Assembly: GCA_964373695.1 (NCBI GenBank)
Contig: CAYJVT010000003.1
Coordinates: forward strand, 437 to 64,436
DNA length: 64,000 nucleotides
Reading direction: 5' to 3'
Origin: an uncultured archaeon
Lineage (GTDB): Archaea; Aenigmatarchaeota; Aenigmatarchaeia; GW2011-AR5
Both the position numbers and the translations under genes were made by a program. Below the pieces are notes generated by a model. The model searched no databases, was not told the origin of the DNA, and saw only the letters and a program-made list of their open reading frames with translations. Shown here piece by piece: positions 18,081 to 26,895 of the stretch. Numbering within the stretch: the stretch's first letter is position 1; every line of letters starts with the position of its first letter.

Positions 18081-19028
18081 ATGTTTCTGACAAAAGGTCA
18101 TGACGTATCCAACTATTCCTACGGCAAGTACCCCGGTTCCAGAAGCGTTGACAAGCTGCTCCGGAACGGCATAATAATACTCGACAAGTGGCAGGGGCCG
18201 ACTTCGCGGGATGTAACATCGACAGTTAAAAACGTCCTGTCGCTCGCAAAGGCCGGGCATTCAGGGACTCTGGACCCTGCCGTAAGCGGCGTGCTTGTGA
18301 TATGCCTGGAGAATGCCTGCAAGATAATGCCCGCTCTTCAAGGCATGGAGAAGGAATATGTCGGCGTCATGAAGCTCCATAAAGAAGTTCCTGAAAAGGA
18401 GATAAGGCGTGTTGTGTCGGCGTTCACCGGAGCCATAAGGCAGAAGCCGCCAGTCAGGAGCGCCGTCGCCAGGAAAGAGAGGACACGGCATATATACGGA
18501 TTCGAGATACTTGACATATCCGGCAGGAATGTCGCGTTCAAGGTCGCGTGCGAAGCCGGGACTTACGTGAGGAAGCTCTGCCACGACATCGGCATCAAGA
18601 TAGGAGGCGCCCATATGTCCGAGCTGCGCAGGACACGGGCCGGGCGCTTCACGGAGGATATGTCATGCAGGCTCCAGGACGTCTCAGACGCTTACGCACT
18701 ATGGAAGAAGGAAGGCGACGAGTCGATACGGGACTTCGTCCTCCCTGTCGAAGCCGGCGTGGAGCATCTGAAGAAAATAGTGATGAAGGATTCGGCCGTA
18801 TTTTCCGTAGCCAACGGTTCGCCTCTCTACACTGCCGGCGTATCCCGCGTGCAGTCAGGCATAATGAATGGCGAGCTGGTTGCATCATTCACGCTGAAAG
18901 GGGAGCTGGTAAGCATCGGGCAGGCGGATATGACAAGCAACGAAATTATGAAACACAGAGGCATAGCGGTGAAGACCGACAGGGTGATAATAGACAAGAA
19001 CACTTATCCGAGGAAGAGCCATGATTGA
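18081..19028 (+). CDS. cbf5: H/ACA RNP pseudouridine synthase Cbf5 (TruB family with PUA domain)
   Basis: GHSGTLDPAVSGVLVICL catalytic motif and C-terminal PUA domain. Confidence 0.9.
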   Translation: MFLTKGHDVSNYSYGKYPGSRSVDKLLRNGIIILDKWQGPTSRDVTSTVKNVLSLAKAGHSGTLDPAVSGVLVICLENACKIMPALQGMEKEYVGVMKLHKEVPEKEIRRVVSAFTGAIRQKPPVRSAVARKERTRHIYGFEILDISGRNVAFKVACEAGTYVRKLCHDIGIKIGGAHMSELRRTRAGRFTEDMSCRLQDVSDAYALWKKEGDESIRDFVLPVEAGVEHLKKIVMKDSAVFSVANGSPLYTAGVSRVQSGIMNGELVASFTLKGELVSIGQADMTSNEIMKHRGIAVKTDRVIIDKNTYPRKSHD

Positions 19029-19179
19029 CAAAAAGCTTCTCGACATACTCGTCTGCACGAAGTGCAAGGGAGACCTCGTCTACAAAGACTCACTGGAATG
19101 CAGGAAATGCAGGCTCAAGTATGCTGTGCATAACGGCATACCGGACATGATTCCGGAACATGCTGAAAAACTCTTATAA
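19021..19179 (+). CDS. Trm112-like zinc-ribbon protein (UPF0434), 52 aa; absent from ORF track
   Basis: MIDKKLLDILVCTKCKGDLVYKDSLECRKCRLKYAVHNGIPDMIPEHAEKLL matches the LLxILvCPxCkgxL...CxxCxxxYPIxdGIPxml pattern. The start overlaps the cbf5 stop. Confidence 0.6.
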   Translation: MIDKKLLDILVCTKCKGDLVYKDSLECRKCRLKYAVHNGIPDMIPEHAEKLL

Positions 19180-19199
19180 TTTCACGACAAGCAATAGAG

Positions 19200-19337
19200 A
19201 TGTTCTATGTTCTTGAGTTCGGCGGGCAGCACACAGACCTCATCGGCAACAGGCTCAGGGAAAGGCTGGGCGGCGAAGCAGGCATGACGACGTTTGACGT
19301 TTCCGACAAGCCTGGCGGCACGACGGAATGGGAATGA
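19200..19337 (+). pseudogene. Remnant of GMP synthase glutamine-amidotransferase subunit (guaA N-terminus), truncated after about 45 codons
   Basis: MFYVLEFGGQHTDLIGNRLRERLG resembles the GuaA N-terminus (vLdFGsQyTqLIaRRvRElG), then degenerates and stops. It ends 2 nt from the tRNA-Ser 3-prime end. Confidence 0.3.
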
Positions 19338-19339
19338 AG

Positions 19340-19472
19340 CGCCGAGAGGGAGATTCGAACTCCCGCATGCAGATGCATACAAGCTAACTGTTCTCCAGTT
19401 TCTTGATTAATCTTCTTTCTTAAAGAAGATTGTTCCAGGCTTGCGCGTTGGACCAAGCTCCGCCATCTCGGC
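19340..19472 (-). tRNA. tRNA-Ser(GGA), class II, with a 47-nt intron after anticodon-loop position 37
   Basis: Acceptor GCCGAGA/TCTCGGC with discriminator G. D-arm GCG-GAGCTTGGTCCAA-CGC, anticodon stem CAAGC/GCTTG, loop CTGGAA. Long variable arm (ATGC-ATCT-GCAT) and T-arm GGGAG-TTCGAAT-CTCCC. The intron at 19386..19432 contains a perfect hairpin ATCTTCTTT-AAG-AAAGAAGAT. Confidence 0.8.
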
Positions 19473-19540
19473 ATGAAATAAATTCCAGTAGCTGGTTAAC
19501 TATAAGAAATGAGTTTAACATATTTATACAGTGAGGCTTA

Positions 19541-20668
19541 ATGGCATTTGACCCCGTATTCCTCTTTGAGCTTGCCGCCATACTGTTCGCAGCGAAGGTC
19601 CTTGGCGAGGCAGCGGAAAGGCTCAGGCTGTCACATCTTGTCGGGGAAATGGCCGCCGGCCTCATACTGGGGCCAATCCTGAACTTCATCAGGCCCGGCG
19701 ACTTCCTGGGCCAGATGGCAAATTTCGGGATGCTTTTCATAGCGTTCCTCATAGGAACAAGCATAAAGCTCGACCAGGGAAGAAGGGACACTGCAGAGGG
19801 CGCTGCCGTCGCGTTCGGGGCTTCGGCAATATCCTTCATCGCTGGAGCGGCCGCCGGGCTGTATTTCTTTGGCTCCATCGAAGCCGGCATATTCACCGGC
19901 GCCGTCCTCATGTTCTCAAGCACGTCACTTGGCATAAAGTCGCTGGTTGACACCGGAGACATACGCAGCAAGGCCCATGACATGATGGTTTCCATAAGCA
20001 AGTTCAGCGACCTTGCCGCCGTCGCCGTGATAGCTCTTCTGTCGAATTATTTCATACTGAATGGCCAGATAATCGCTTTCGCCGGATTCATCGCGGCCGC
20101 GCTGATAGTCATCGCAGGCTCCGGGCACATAGGGAGGGCCGTCTCGGCTGTCGGCAGGCTCAAGGATGAACATATAATGCTGTCAGTTCCCCTGGCGGCC
20201 ATATTCATCATTGCCTTCTTTTCCGACATGTACGGAATAGCGGCCGTTGCAGGAGCCTTCCTGGCCGGGCTCGCCATGAGCCGCTCCTCCGTCACCGAGT
20301 TGTCCGTACTGCCCAAGATGAAAATACTCACTTACGGCTTCTTCGCCCCTCTTTTCTTCGCATATTCCGCCAGCCTTGTCGAGTTTCAGGCTTATCTTAT
20401 GACTACAGTACTCGCAATTTCGATTATCTCGATAGCGTCAGCATTCGCTGCTTATTCATTACTCAGCATGCGTCTCGGGTTCAACAGGAGGGATGGCATG
20501 ATAATAGGGGCATCAAAGATAGCGCGCGGCGAGCTTTCCGTCATGGCGGTTAGCATAGCCCTGTCCGCTTCTGTCATAACGAACGCCGTCTATTCTGTGG
20601 CGATAGCTTCCGTAATCGTCACGGCCATAGCAGGGCCTTTAGCAGTCAGAATCCTTTACAGAAGATAA
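19541..20668 (+). CDS. Cation:proton antiporter (CPA/Kef-NapA type Na+/H+ exchanger)
   Basis: About 11 TM helices with a Gly/Ala-rich CPA-family profile. Confidence 0.75.
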   Translation: MAFDPVFLFELAAILFAAKVLGEAAERLRLSHLVGEMAAGLILGPILNFIRPGDFLGQMANFGMLFIAFLIGTSIKLDQGRRDTAEGAAVAFGASAISFIAGAAAGLYFFGSIEAGIFTGAVLMFSSTSLGIKSLVDTGDIRSKAHDMMVSISKFSDLAAVAVIALLSNYFILNGQIIAFAGFIAAALIVIAGSGHIGRAVSAVGRLKDEHIMLSVPLAAIFIIAFFSDMYGIAAVAGAFLAGLAMSRSSVTELSVLPKMKILTYGFFAPLFFAYSASLVEFQAYLMTTVLAISIISIASAFAAYSLLSMRLGFNRRDGMIIGASKIARGELSVMAVSIALSASVITNAVYSVAIASVIVTAIAGPLAVRILYRR

Positions 20669-20783
20669 AAATCAATTATCAACGCAGCTGTTATCTTGAA
20701 GGCGTCCAAAACTGCCGCCTTCAGGCGGCATGTATTAAAGACGCCTTCTGGATACCATCTTCCAACAAACCCACGACTAAAGT

Positions 20784-20808
20784 CGTGGGTATACAAAGAA
20801 GATGTGAT
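20784..20808. repeat. 25-bp perfect direct repeat, copy 1 (CGTGGGTATACAAAGAAGATGTGAT), preceded by a 9-bp-stem hairpin
   Basis: Identical to 23204..23228. Copy 1 is intergenic, 58 nt upstream of rpl10e, and follows the hairpin CCCACGACT-AA-AGTCGTGGG. It contains a TATA-like TATACAAA. Confidence 0.7.
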
Positions 20809-20865
20809 AAATAGCGTATCCAAAAAGTCTATTTAAACATTTGCTGCCGAATAGAGCTGATAAAT

Positions 20866-21390
20866 ATGGCGTCATTGAGACCTGGAAGATGCTACAGGAG
20901 GCACGAGAGGCCTAATACGAGGCAGAGCATACGAGTGCCGAGGAAGGGCTACGTCAAAGGCGTGCCGAGGCCCAAGATAACAGAGTTCGAGCTCGGGACG
21001 CGGGGCAAGTACAAGAATTCCGTATTCTTGGTATCGAAGAGGGACGTGCAGATAAGGCACAACGCCTTGGAGTCGGGAAGAATCGTGACAATACAGTGGA
21101 TGGATAAGAACCTGTCCAAAGGCAGCGCATATTTCTTCAGGGTGCGCGTATATCCGCACCATGTAATACGTGAAAATGCACTCGCAACCGGAGCCGGAGC
21201 CGACAGGTTCCAGCAGGGGATGCGAATGTCCTTCGGCAAGCCCATAGGCACGGCGGCGCGCGTATACGCAGGCCAGAGGATAATGGAGCTGAAGGTCAAC
21301 GACCAGGATGTCGCCGCGGCCAAGGCCGCGCTGCATAAGGCAAGCTACAAGATGCCGACCCCGTGTAGCATAGTGACTGAACCAGCCTAG
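20866..21390 (+). CDS. rpl10e: 50S ribosomal protein L10e (uL16)
   Basis: MASLRPGRCYRRHERP...YVKGVPRPKITEFELG conserved N-terminus. Confidence 0.9.
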   Translation: MASLRPGRCYRRHERPNTRQSIRVPRKGYVKGVPRPKITEFELGTRGKYKNSVFLVSKRDVQIRHNALESGRIVTIQWMDKNLSKGSAYFFRVRVYPHHVIRENALATGAGADRFQQGMRMSFGKPIGTAARVYAGQRIMELKVNDQDVAAAKAALHKASYKMPTPCSIVTEPA

Positions 21391-21401
21391 ATTCTTCATT
21401 T

Positions 21402-22136
21402 ATGATGATAGAGATAAAGTCTGTTACGAAGAAGTTCAAGTCATCCGGCAAGGAATTCTACGCGCTTGATGACATAAATTTCAGCGTCGGGCGCGGCGAG
21501 ATATTCGGCCTTCTGGGCCCGAACGGGGCCGGCAAAACGACACTGATAAACATACTGACAGGGCTCCTGATTCCCGACTCGGGCAGCGTCAGTATCATGG
21601 GAAAGGATGTAACCAGGCACCGCAACGACATACTCGAAAGGATGAACGCTGTGTCCGGCGACAGCAAGTTCCACTGGCTTCTTACATCGAAGGAGATACT
21701 GAACTTCTACCTTTCCGCCTACAACGTTCCCAAAGACAGGCGGGAAGAGAAGATACGCACTCTTGTAGAGATGTTCGAGATAGAAAACATAATGAACAAG
21801 AAGTTCGCATGGCTTTCCACCGGAGAGCGCATGAGACTCATACTTGCAAAATCCCTGATAAACGACCCCGAGGTGCTGTTGCTTGACGAGCCGACCCTTG
21901 GGCTGGATCCGGACATAGCGATAAAGACGCGGAACCTCATACTTGACGTGAACAAAAAATACAATACTACGATATTGCTGACGAGCCACTACATGAAGGA
22001 AGTGGAGGAACTGTGCGACAGAATAGCATTCATACACAAGGGAAGGATAATCGACATAGGGAGGATAAAGGACCTCAAGAGGCGCACAAAAAAGAAGACG
22101 CTTGAGGATTATTTCGTGGAGATGGTGAAGAAATGA
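21402..22136 (+). CDS. ABC transporter ATP-binding protein
   Basis: Walker A GLLGPNGAGKTT, signature LSTGERMR, Walker B LLLLDEPTLGLD. Confidence 0.85.
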   Translation: MMIEIKSVTKKFKSSGKEFYALDDINFSVGRGEIFGLLGPNGAGKTTLINILTGLLIPDSGSVSIMGKDVTRHRNDILERMNAVSGDSKFHWLLTSKEILNFYLSAYNVPKDRREEKIRTLVEMFEIENIMNKKFAWLSTGERMRLILAKSLINDPEVLLLDEPTLGLDPDIAIKTRNLILDVNKKYNTTILLTSHYMKEVEELCDRIAFIHKGRIIDIGRIKDLKRRTKKKTLEDYFVEMVKK

Positions 22137-22915
22137 GGCTCTACAAGATAAAATCCCTTGTAAAGAGGGACATGACGATACTGAAGAAGTCCAAGGTCCG
22201 TTTCATAGAGTCGTTCTACTTTCCTATAACCACCGTGCTCATATGGGGGCTGTTCTCGATGTATTCGAAGACGTTCTCGCTTGAGGCCGGCATGCTAGTC
22301 CTGGCAGTTAACATATTATGGTCGTTCGCATACCTGGCACAGAGCGTAACGAACATTCTGATAATGGAGGACGTATGGAGCGACAGCTTCAAGCAGGTCA
22401 TACTTACTGGCGTCACGCAGTTCGAGTATCTTTTCGCCCGCATACTGGTTTCCATAGCCAATTCGATAATCGTCCTGGCCATAATGCTTGGCATGGCGTA
22501 CTGCATGTTTGACATGAGTATAATCGCGACGAACTTAGCCGAGATACTGACGCTGTCTGCCATAACCATAATAGGCTCTGTCGGACTTGCCGTTGTCATA
22601 AGCGCGATGATAATAGGGCTCGGCAGGGAGTACGCGTTCCTTTCGTGGTCTGCTGTACAGCTTTTCGTGTTCTTCTCGCTGCCGTTCATACCGCTCGCGG
22701 CCGCTCCAGAGGCGTTGCGCTACATAGCCCAGGTGATGCCGTACACGACTGTCTTTGAAGGCGCAAGGGCGATAGTGACGACAGGCTCCATACCTCCGAC
22801 AACGATTTATCTGGGATTCGTCATCGCAACTGCTTATATCATAATCTCGCTGCCATTCTACTGGCATATATTCGAGAGGGCAAGGAAGAACGGCAACCTG
22901 GTCAGGCTGGCCTGA
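22133..22915 (+). CDS. ABC-2 type transporter permease
   Basis: Six predicted TM helices. Its start overlaps the stop of the ATPase gene. Confidence 0.7.
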   Translation: MRLYKIKSLVKRDMTILKKSKVRFIESFYFPITTVLIWGLFSMYSKTFSLEAGMLVLAVNILWSFAYLAQSVTNILIMEDVWSDSFKQVILTGVTQFEYLFARILVSIANSIIVLAIMLGMAYCMFDMSIIATNLAEILTLSAITIIGSVGLAVVISAMIIGLGREYAFLSWSAVQLFVFFSLPFIPLAAAPEALRYIAQVMPYTTVFEGARAIVTTGSIPPTTIYLGFVIATAYIIISLPFYWHIFERARKNGNLVRLA

Positions 22916-22945
22916 GCTTAAGTATTCTTTTGAAATCTAGTATTA

Positions 22946-23227
22946 ATGGCGGAAGGAACGGAAAAACCACCATTATTGCCCGAACGTGTGGAACGATGGG
23001 AGAACCTTGCCGTAGCATTTTCTGAAGGCGGTGTAAGAGCAGGAATGAAGATAGAGCCTTATTACGGGCCGCAAGTTCATGCTGCCGCGATAAGAAATAT
23101 TCTATACGACCAACATAGCGGCAGGCCTTACATAGAGATAGAGCCGGGGCGCCATTTTTATGATGAATCTTCTTTCCGGTTCTACAGGGTCAATCTTGAC
23201 GGGCGTGGGTATACAAAGAAGATGTGA
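22946..23227 (+). CDS. Hypothetical protein (93 aa); its last 8 codons lie inside direct-repeat copy 2
   Basis: Complete ORF with plausible codon usage and no recognised motif. The C-terminus ...RGYTKKM* is encoded by the 25-bp repeat. Confidence 0.4.
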   Translation: MAEGTEKPPLLPERVERWENLAVAFSEGGVRAGMKIEPYYGPQVHAAAIRNILYDQHSGRPYIEIEPGRHFYDESSFRFYRVNLDGRGYTKKM

Positions 23228-23228
23228 T
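23204..23228. repeat. 25-bp perfect direct repeat, copy 2
   Basis: Identical to 20784..20808, 2420 bp away. The two copies bracket rpl10e, the ABC transporter pair and the hypothetical ORF. Confidence 0.7.
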
Positions 23229-23244
23229 TTAAGGAAATAGAAAC

Positions 23245-23829
23245 CTATTCTGCGTAGCCGAAGTCTTCCGGCTTGACATCGAACTGCTGCCCGCGCTTCT
23301 CCGCGACCAGCTTGGCCAGGAGCCACAGGATGAGGGCCATCGACTTCTTTCCCTTGTTGTTGCATGGCAGGACAAGGTCAATAAAGGATGTTTCGTTGTA
23401 GGTGCCGGCGAAGCCTATTATAGGTATGCGCATCTGCACCGCTTCCTTGATAACCTGCTTGTCGTTGAAGGGGTCCGTGACTATGACAAGCTCAGGCTCG
23501 AAGAAGTCCTTGTAAGTGGGATTGGTAAGGGAGCCCGGCATGAACCTGCCGATGACCGCGCGCGAGCCCGTCGTTTCGGCGAACTTGGCCACAGCCTCGT
23601 TTGCATTGTCCTTCTTCGATGCTATAAGCACGTTCTTCTTATTGGCTATCATCGAGGCTGCCAAGCCTATCCTCCTGTCCAGGATGCCGACATTCAGGAC
23701 GGCGAGGCCATTGGGCCTTATCTTGTATATGAACCTCTTCATGTCCGCCGTCTTCGATGTCATGCCTATATGGACGCCGGCTGAAAGATATTTCTCCCTG
23801 GGCAGCAGCAAGTTTTTCATAAAAATCAC
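23245..23829 (-). CDS. rps2: 30S ribosomal protein S2 (uS2)
   Basis: [17 protein letters not shown] and the Rossmann-like uS2 core. Confidence 0.9.
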   Translation of the reverse strand: MIFMKNLLLPREKYLSAGVHIGMTSKTADMKRFIYKIRPNGLAVLNVGILDRRIGLAASMIANKKNVLIASKKDNANEAVAKFAETTGSRAVIGRFMPGSLTNPTYKDFFEPELVIVTDPFNDKQVIKEAVQMRIPIIGFAGTYNETSFIDLVLPCNNKGKKSMALILWLLAKLVAEKRGQQFDVKPEDFGYAE

Positions 23830-24029
23830 TTCAGCTTCCTCGGAAGAGAACGCTTGACAGTTATGGGCAGGACGTTGTTCTCGAACTCCGTCTTGGCTAT
23901 TTCCATCGCATCGTAATCGGATGTCTTTATCAGAATTGGCGCGCCCATCGATATCTGGAGAGCCCTGGCCGATATTATTCTGGTCTTCTCAAACCTTGTC
24001 AAGTCCTCGTAGAAGAACAATCCATCCAC
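23826..24029 (-). CDS. rpoK: DNA-directed RNA polymerase subunit K (Rpb6/omega homolog)
   Basis: [21 protein letters not shown] signature of RpoK. Its stop overlaps the rps2 start. Confidence 0.8.
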   Translation of the reverse strand: MDGLFFYEDLTRFEKTRIISARALQISMGAPILIKTSDYDAMEIAKTEFENNVLPITVKRSLPRKLK

Positions 24030-24267
24030 CTTCCTATAAAATTTATAGAAATCTTTTTAAATGCCTAAAATCTCATCCCCTACATTGCACCTGAAATATG
24101 GGATTTTGGCATGTGTGAAAACCGTAGGCTTTCAATGCGCAAAGGTCTTTGGCATCTCAAAAGAGCTTCGCTCTTTTGCGGACATCACATAAAACTTCGT
24201 TTTCTGATGGTCTTCAGACGGTGGTCATTGACACTCGCATAATCCGGCAAATCATGTCATGCCCTGA

Positions 24268-25038
24268 TTATCCTATATACCTTATGTTCTCGTCCTTCGG
24301 CTTGGAAAGTTCCGCCAGCATCTTCTTGTGGACCTCGTCGGTCCGGCTTATCTTTTCCTCCATCTCCATTATGGTGTTCTCCAGCTTCGAGAGGTCCAGC
24401 TTCATGTTCAATATCTTCACTAGGATATGCAGGACGGCGTCGGCGGCCTTCGGGTCTGTCAGCAGCGGTATGCCTACAGTCTCGCCCATCAGGCAGAGTC
24501 CGTCCATACCCTTCATCCCGGAGATTCCAAGGACGAGACCGGACGCCCCGACTATGGTGCCTATCTGGTGCTCCTTCCCGAAGTCGATGCCCAGCTTTGA
24601 GTATTTCTTTATGACTGACTTGTCGCTCACGGCCCCTACGACCCTGGGCGTTTCCACCTGCTTCTCCTCGGCGAAACCACCCATCGTTATGACCTCCTTG
24701 ACGCCGAGTCCATCGACGAAATTCACTATCGCCTCGGATATCTCGTAATGGCCGTCAGGCGTGACGGACTGGCTGTCGCCGGTAAGGACCACGACATCCC
24801 TTTTCTTCCCTTTGTAATAATAGAACTCGCACTTCAGCAGGGATGCCACGGAATCGTTGTGGAGAAGCACCAGAGGAAGGAAATGCTGCGAATACATCTC
24901 GGCGAACTTCTTCATCTTGAGCTCCGATACAAGATAGCCTGCGGCGACGCGGCCTACGTTGCCTATCCCGGGCAGCCCCTGTATGAATATTGGCTTCTTC
25001 AGCCTGGGCTTTTCAAGGAGCTTTATTTGGGTCTGCAT
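24268..25038 (-). CDS. PAC2-family proteasome assembly chaperone (PbaA/PbaB-like)
   Basis: PIFIQGLPGIGNVGRVAAGYLVSEL N-terminal motif and a length typical of PAC2. Confidence 0.55.
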   Translation of the reverse strand: MQTQIKLLEKPRLKKPIFIQGLPGIGNVGRVAAGYLVSELKMKKFAEMYSQHFLPLVLLHNDSVASLLKCEFYYYKGKKRDVVVLTGDSQSVTPDGHYEISEAIVNFVDGLGVKEVITMGGFAEEKQVETPRVVGAVSDKSVIKKYSKLGIDFGKEHQIGTIVGASGLVLGISGMKGMDGLCLMGETVGIPLLTDPKAADAVLHILVKILNMKLDLSKLENTIMEMEEKISRTDEVHKKMLAELSKPKDENIRYIG

Positions 25039-25061
25039 ACCATTAGATTGCGCCCTTTAGC

Positions 25062-25214
25062 TTATATAAATTTCTTGGCCTTCCGCCTGTATTCGGCGTA
25101 TCTGTCGCCAGCGGAAAACTTCGGGGGATGGGGCGTCCTGGTCGGAGAGCTGCATTTGCACGTTTCAGACAGCGAGTATCTTCCACAGGCCGGGCATTTT
25201 CTAAGGAGGTTCAC
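25062..25214 (-). CDS. nop10: H/ACA RNP protein Nop10, 50 aa, GTG start overlapping the aIF2alpha stop; absent from ORF track
   Basis: Manual translation gives (V/M)NLLRKCPACGRYSLSETCKCSSPTRTPHPPKFSAGDRYAEYRRKAKKFI. This shows the Nop10 zinc-ribbon and the conserved PxxFSxxDxY tail. GTG 25214..25212 overlaps the TGA 25213..25211. Confidence 0.7.
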   Translation of the reverse strand: MNLLRKCPACGRYSLSETCKCSSPTRTPHPPKFSAGDRYAEYRRKAKKFI

Positions 25215-25975
25215 CTTATCACTTCGTAATGCGCCTCTGCGTTCGGCTTCGCAATCTCGACGACCTTGGAGAGTTTCTCCTCGAACTCCCTCTCGCCTTT
25301 CTTGGCGTCAAGCGTCCTGAACTTCACGAGGTATTCCGGCGCCGCTATGTACTTCACTTCCAGGCCGAGCTTCCCGGCCTGCTGCATCAGCGCCCTTATA
25401 TGAACTATGCCATCCGGCTTGAAAGACTTCACGATAAGACGCGACCTGAACTCGAACTCCTTCTGCTCTATCCCCTTCTCGGCTATTTCCTTCAGGACAG
25501 TTACCCACTTCTCTGGTATGCCCCTCTTTTCCAGGAGCTTCGGGTTCTTGAGAGCGGTCTTGAAGCCTTCATACAGGGTGCCGAAATTCTCCTGCAGGGC
25601 GTAACCGACCTCGTTGTAAGTCTTGTCCAGCGAAATTCCCATCTTCTTGGCGCATATCTCGAGCATCTTCTCCGCTTTCTTGTTGAGGTTGTACTCCTTC
25701 ATCTTCTCATTCTGCTGCTTCTCGTCGACCCGCTTGAGAGAAAGGGAAAGCTCGCCGGCGCGCTCGTCCAGCCTGACCACCTTCGCTATGACGCTCTGGT
25801 TGGGCTTGACGAACTGCCTTATGTCCCGGACCCACCCGCGGCTTATCTCGGAGATGTGTATCATGCCCTCGATGCCGTATTCATCAAGAGATGCGAATGC
25901 AGAGTTTGGATTGATTTTGGTAATCCTGCATATGACAATTTCGCCGAGCATCGGGAAGCCGCGCTTTTTTACCAT
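25211..25975 (-). CDS. eif2a: Translation initiation factor 2 subunit alpha (aIF2alpha)
   Basis: S1 domain (GEIVICRITKINPNSAFASLDEYGIEGMIHISEIS) followed by helical and alpha-beta domains. Start taken at the internal MVKKRG. Confidence 0.9.
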   Translation of the reverse strand: MVKKRGFPMLGEIVICRITKINPNSAFASLDEYGIEGMIHISEISRGWVRDIRQFVKPNQSVIAKVVRLDERAGELSLSLKRVDEKQQNEKMKEYNLNKKAEKMLEICAKKMGISLDKTYNEVGYALQENFGTLYEGFKTALKNPKLLEKRGIPEKWVTVLKEIAEKGIEQKEFEFRSRLIVKSFKPDGIVHIRALMQQAGKLGLEVKYIAAPEYLVKFRTLDAKKGEREFEEKLSKVVEIAKPNAEAHYEVIR

Positions 25976-26062
25976 TATACATCCCTTTTCTTGCAAGAAA
26001 AGGTCTGTATGAACCCCAAAAGAACATAGGAACACAGACCTTATCTTTCTACTCCATCATAT

Positions 26063-26368
26063 TTGACAACCTTTATAAAAACAAGGATTTTCATTTATAG
26101 AATGATAACTGAAGCGGATTACAGGAGGGCTGTCGAAGAGCCTGCGTACAGGCAGGAATTCCTTGACAGCATCGACATGGAGGATGCAAGGCCTTATGTG
26201 AGCAGGGTTGTTTATTGTCCCAATCAACGCCAGTACCGATCTACGTTGATTATGCAGACTAACGTACCATTTCTTTCATTGTTAGGCATCAGAAGACTAA
26301 GATATGATGTAATTGCATTTCCTTTTGCATTTACCCTCCCTTTGGCGGTTTTATGTCCAGTCTTATAG
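26063..26368 (+). CDS. Hypothetical protein (low confidence) in an AT-richer islet
   Basis: ORF only; the hydrophobic C-terminus could be one TM helix. Local GC is lower than in neighbouring core genes. Confidence 0.2.
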   Translation: MTTFIKTRIFIYRMITEADYRRAVEEPAYRQEFLDSIDMEDARPYVSRVVYCPNQRQYRSTLIMQTNVPFLSLLGIRRLRYDVIAFPFAFTLPLAVLCPVL

Positions 26369-26607
26369 ACCATGAAGGCTACCATGCCAGACGGATATAT
26401 GAAAATCCACTGAGCGAAGCAAGTATGTGGAAACTTTTCACAGAAGATGAAAAATTCATGGCTGAAATGGAAATGAGAGCTACAAATAATCAGATCAGAA
26501 ATTTCTTGAGTGAAAGGAGAGGTCTTTCCGACGACTCCTTAGAAGAACTTTATAGAAGACAGCACAAATATGCCAACCTCATCCGAGAACTTCGACGACG
26601 CCGGTGA
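26353..26607 (+). CDS. Hypothetical protein (low confidence)
   Basis: ORF only, with a basic C-terminus. It overlaps the 3-prime end of rps27e on the opposite strand. Confidence 0.2.
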   Translation: MSSLIDHEGYHARRIYENPLSEASMWKLFTEDEKFMAEMEMRATNNQIRNFLSERRGLSDDSLEELYRRQHKYANLIRELRRRR

Positions 26608-26755
26608 GTATTTCAGCGTGGCCGCCTGTCGGCTTTGCTAGGACTGTCTCGCAGATGAGGCACTTCACTTCGTTGCACGCCTTGCTGAACACTATCTGCT
26701 CGTTCTTGCATTTCTTGCACTTGACCTTCAGGAACTTGCTTTCGGGAGTTTCCAT
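26579..26755 (-). CDS. rps27e: 30S ribosomal protein S27e (eS27)
   Basis: C4 zinc ribbon FLKVKCKKCKNEQIVFSKACNEVKCLICETVLAKPTGGHAEI. Confidence 0.8.
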   Translation of the reverse strand: METPESKFLKVKCKKCKNEQIVFSKACNEVKCLICETVLAKPTGGHAEILTGVVEVLG

Positions 26756-26895
26756 GAGCATAACACTGCGCAAACGCTTAAATCGGTATCTGCCAATACC
26801 GATTAGTCCGAATTTCTCAAATTCAGACTTAAATTGCTTTCCGGCTCATCGTTTTAAAAGCTTTTACGAAGTCAGAGTAATTATAAACATCCAGA

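Noticed and set aside
19100-19600. Integrated element or integrase next to tRNA-Ser
   Set aside because: No integrase, transposase or long direct repeat of the tRNA 3-prime end was found. Only the short guaA stump suggests a past event.
24029-24268. C/D-box sRNA between rpoK and the PAC2 gene
   Set aside because: It has a UGAUG-like box and small hairpins, but no convincing C/D/C-prime/D-prime arrangement.
24149-24748. 199-aa plus-strand ORF
   Set aside because: It is antisense to the PAC2-family gene and Ser/Phe-rich low complexity.
25229-26029. 266-aa Leu-rich plus-strand ORF
   Set aside because: It is exactly antisense to aIF2alpha.
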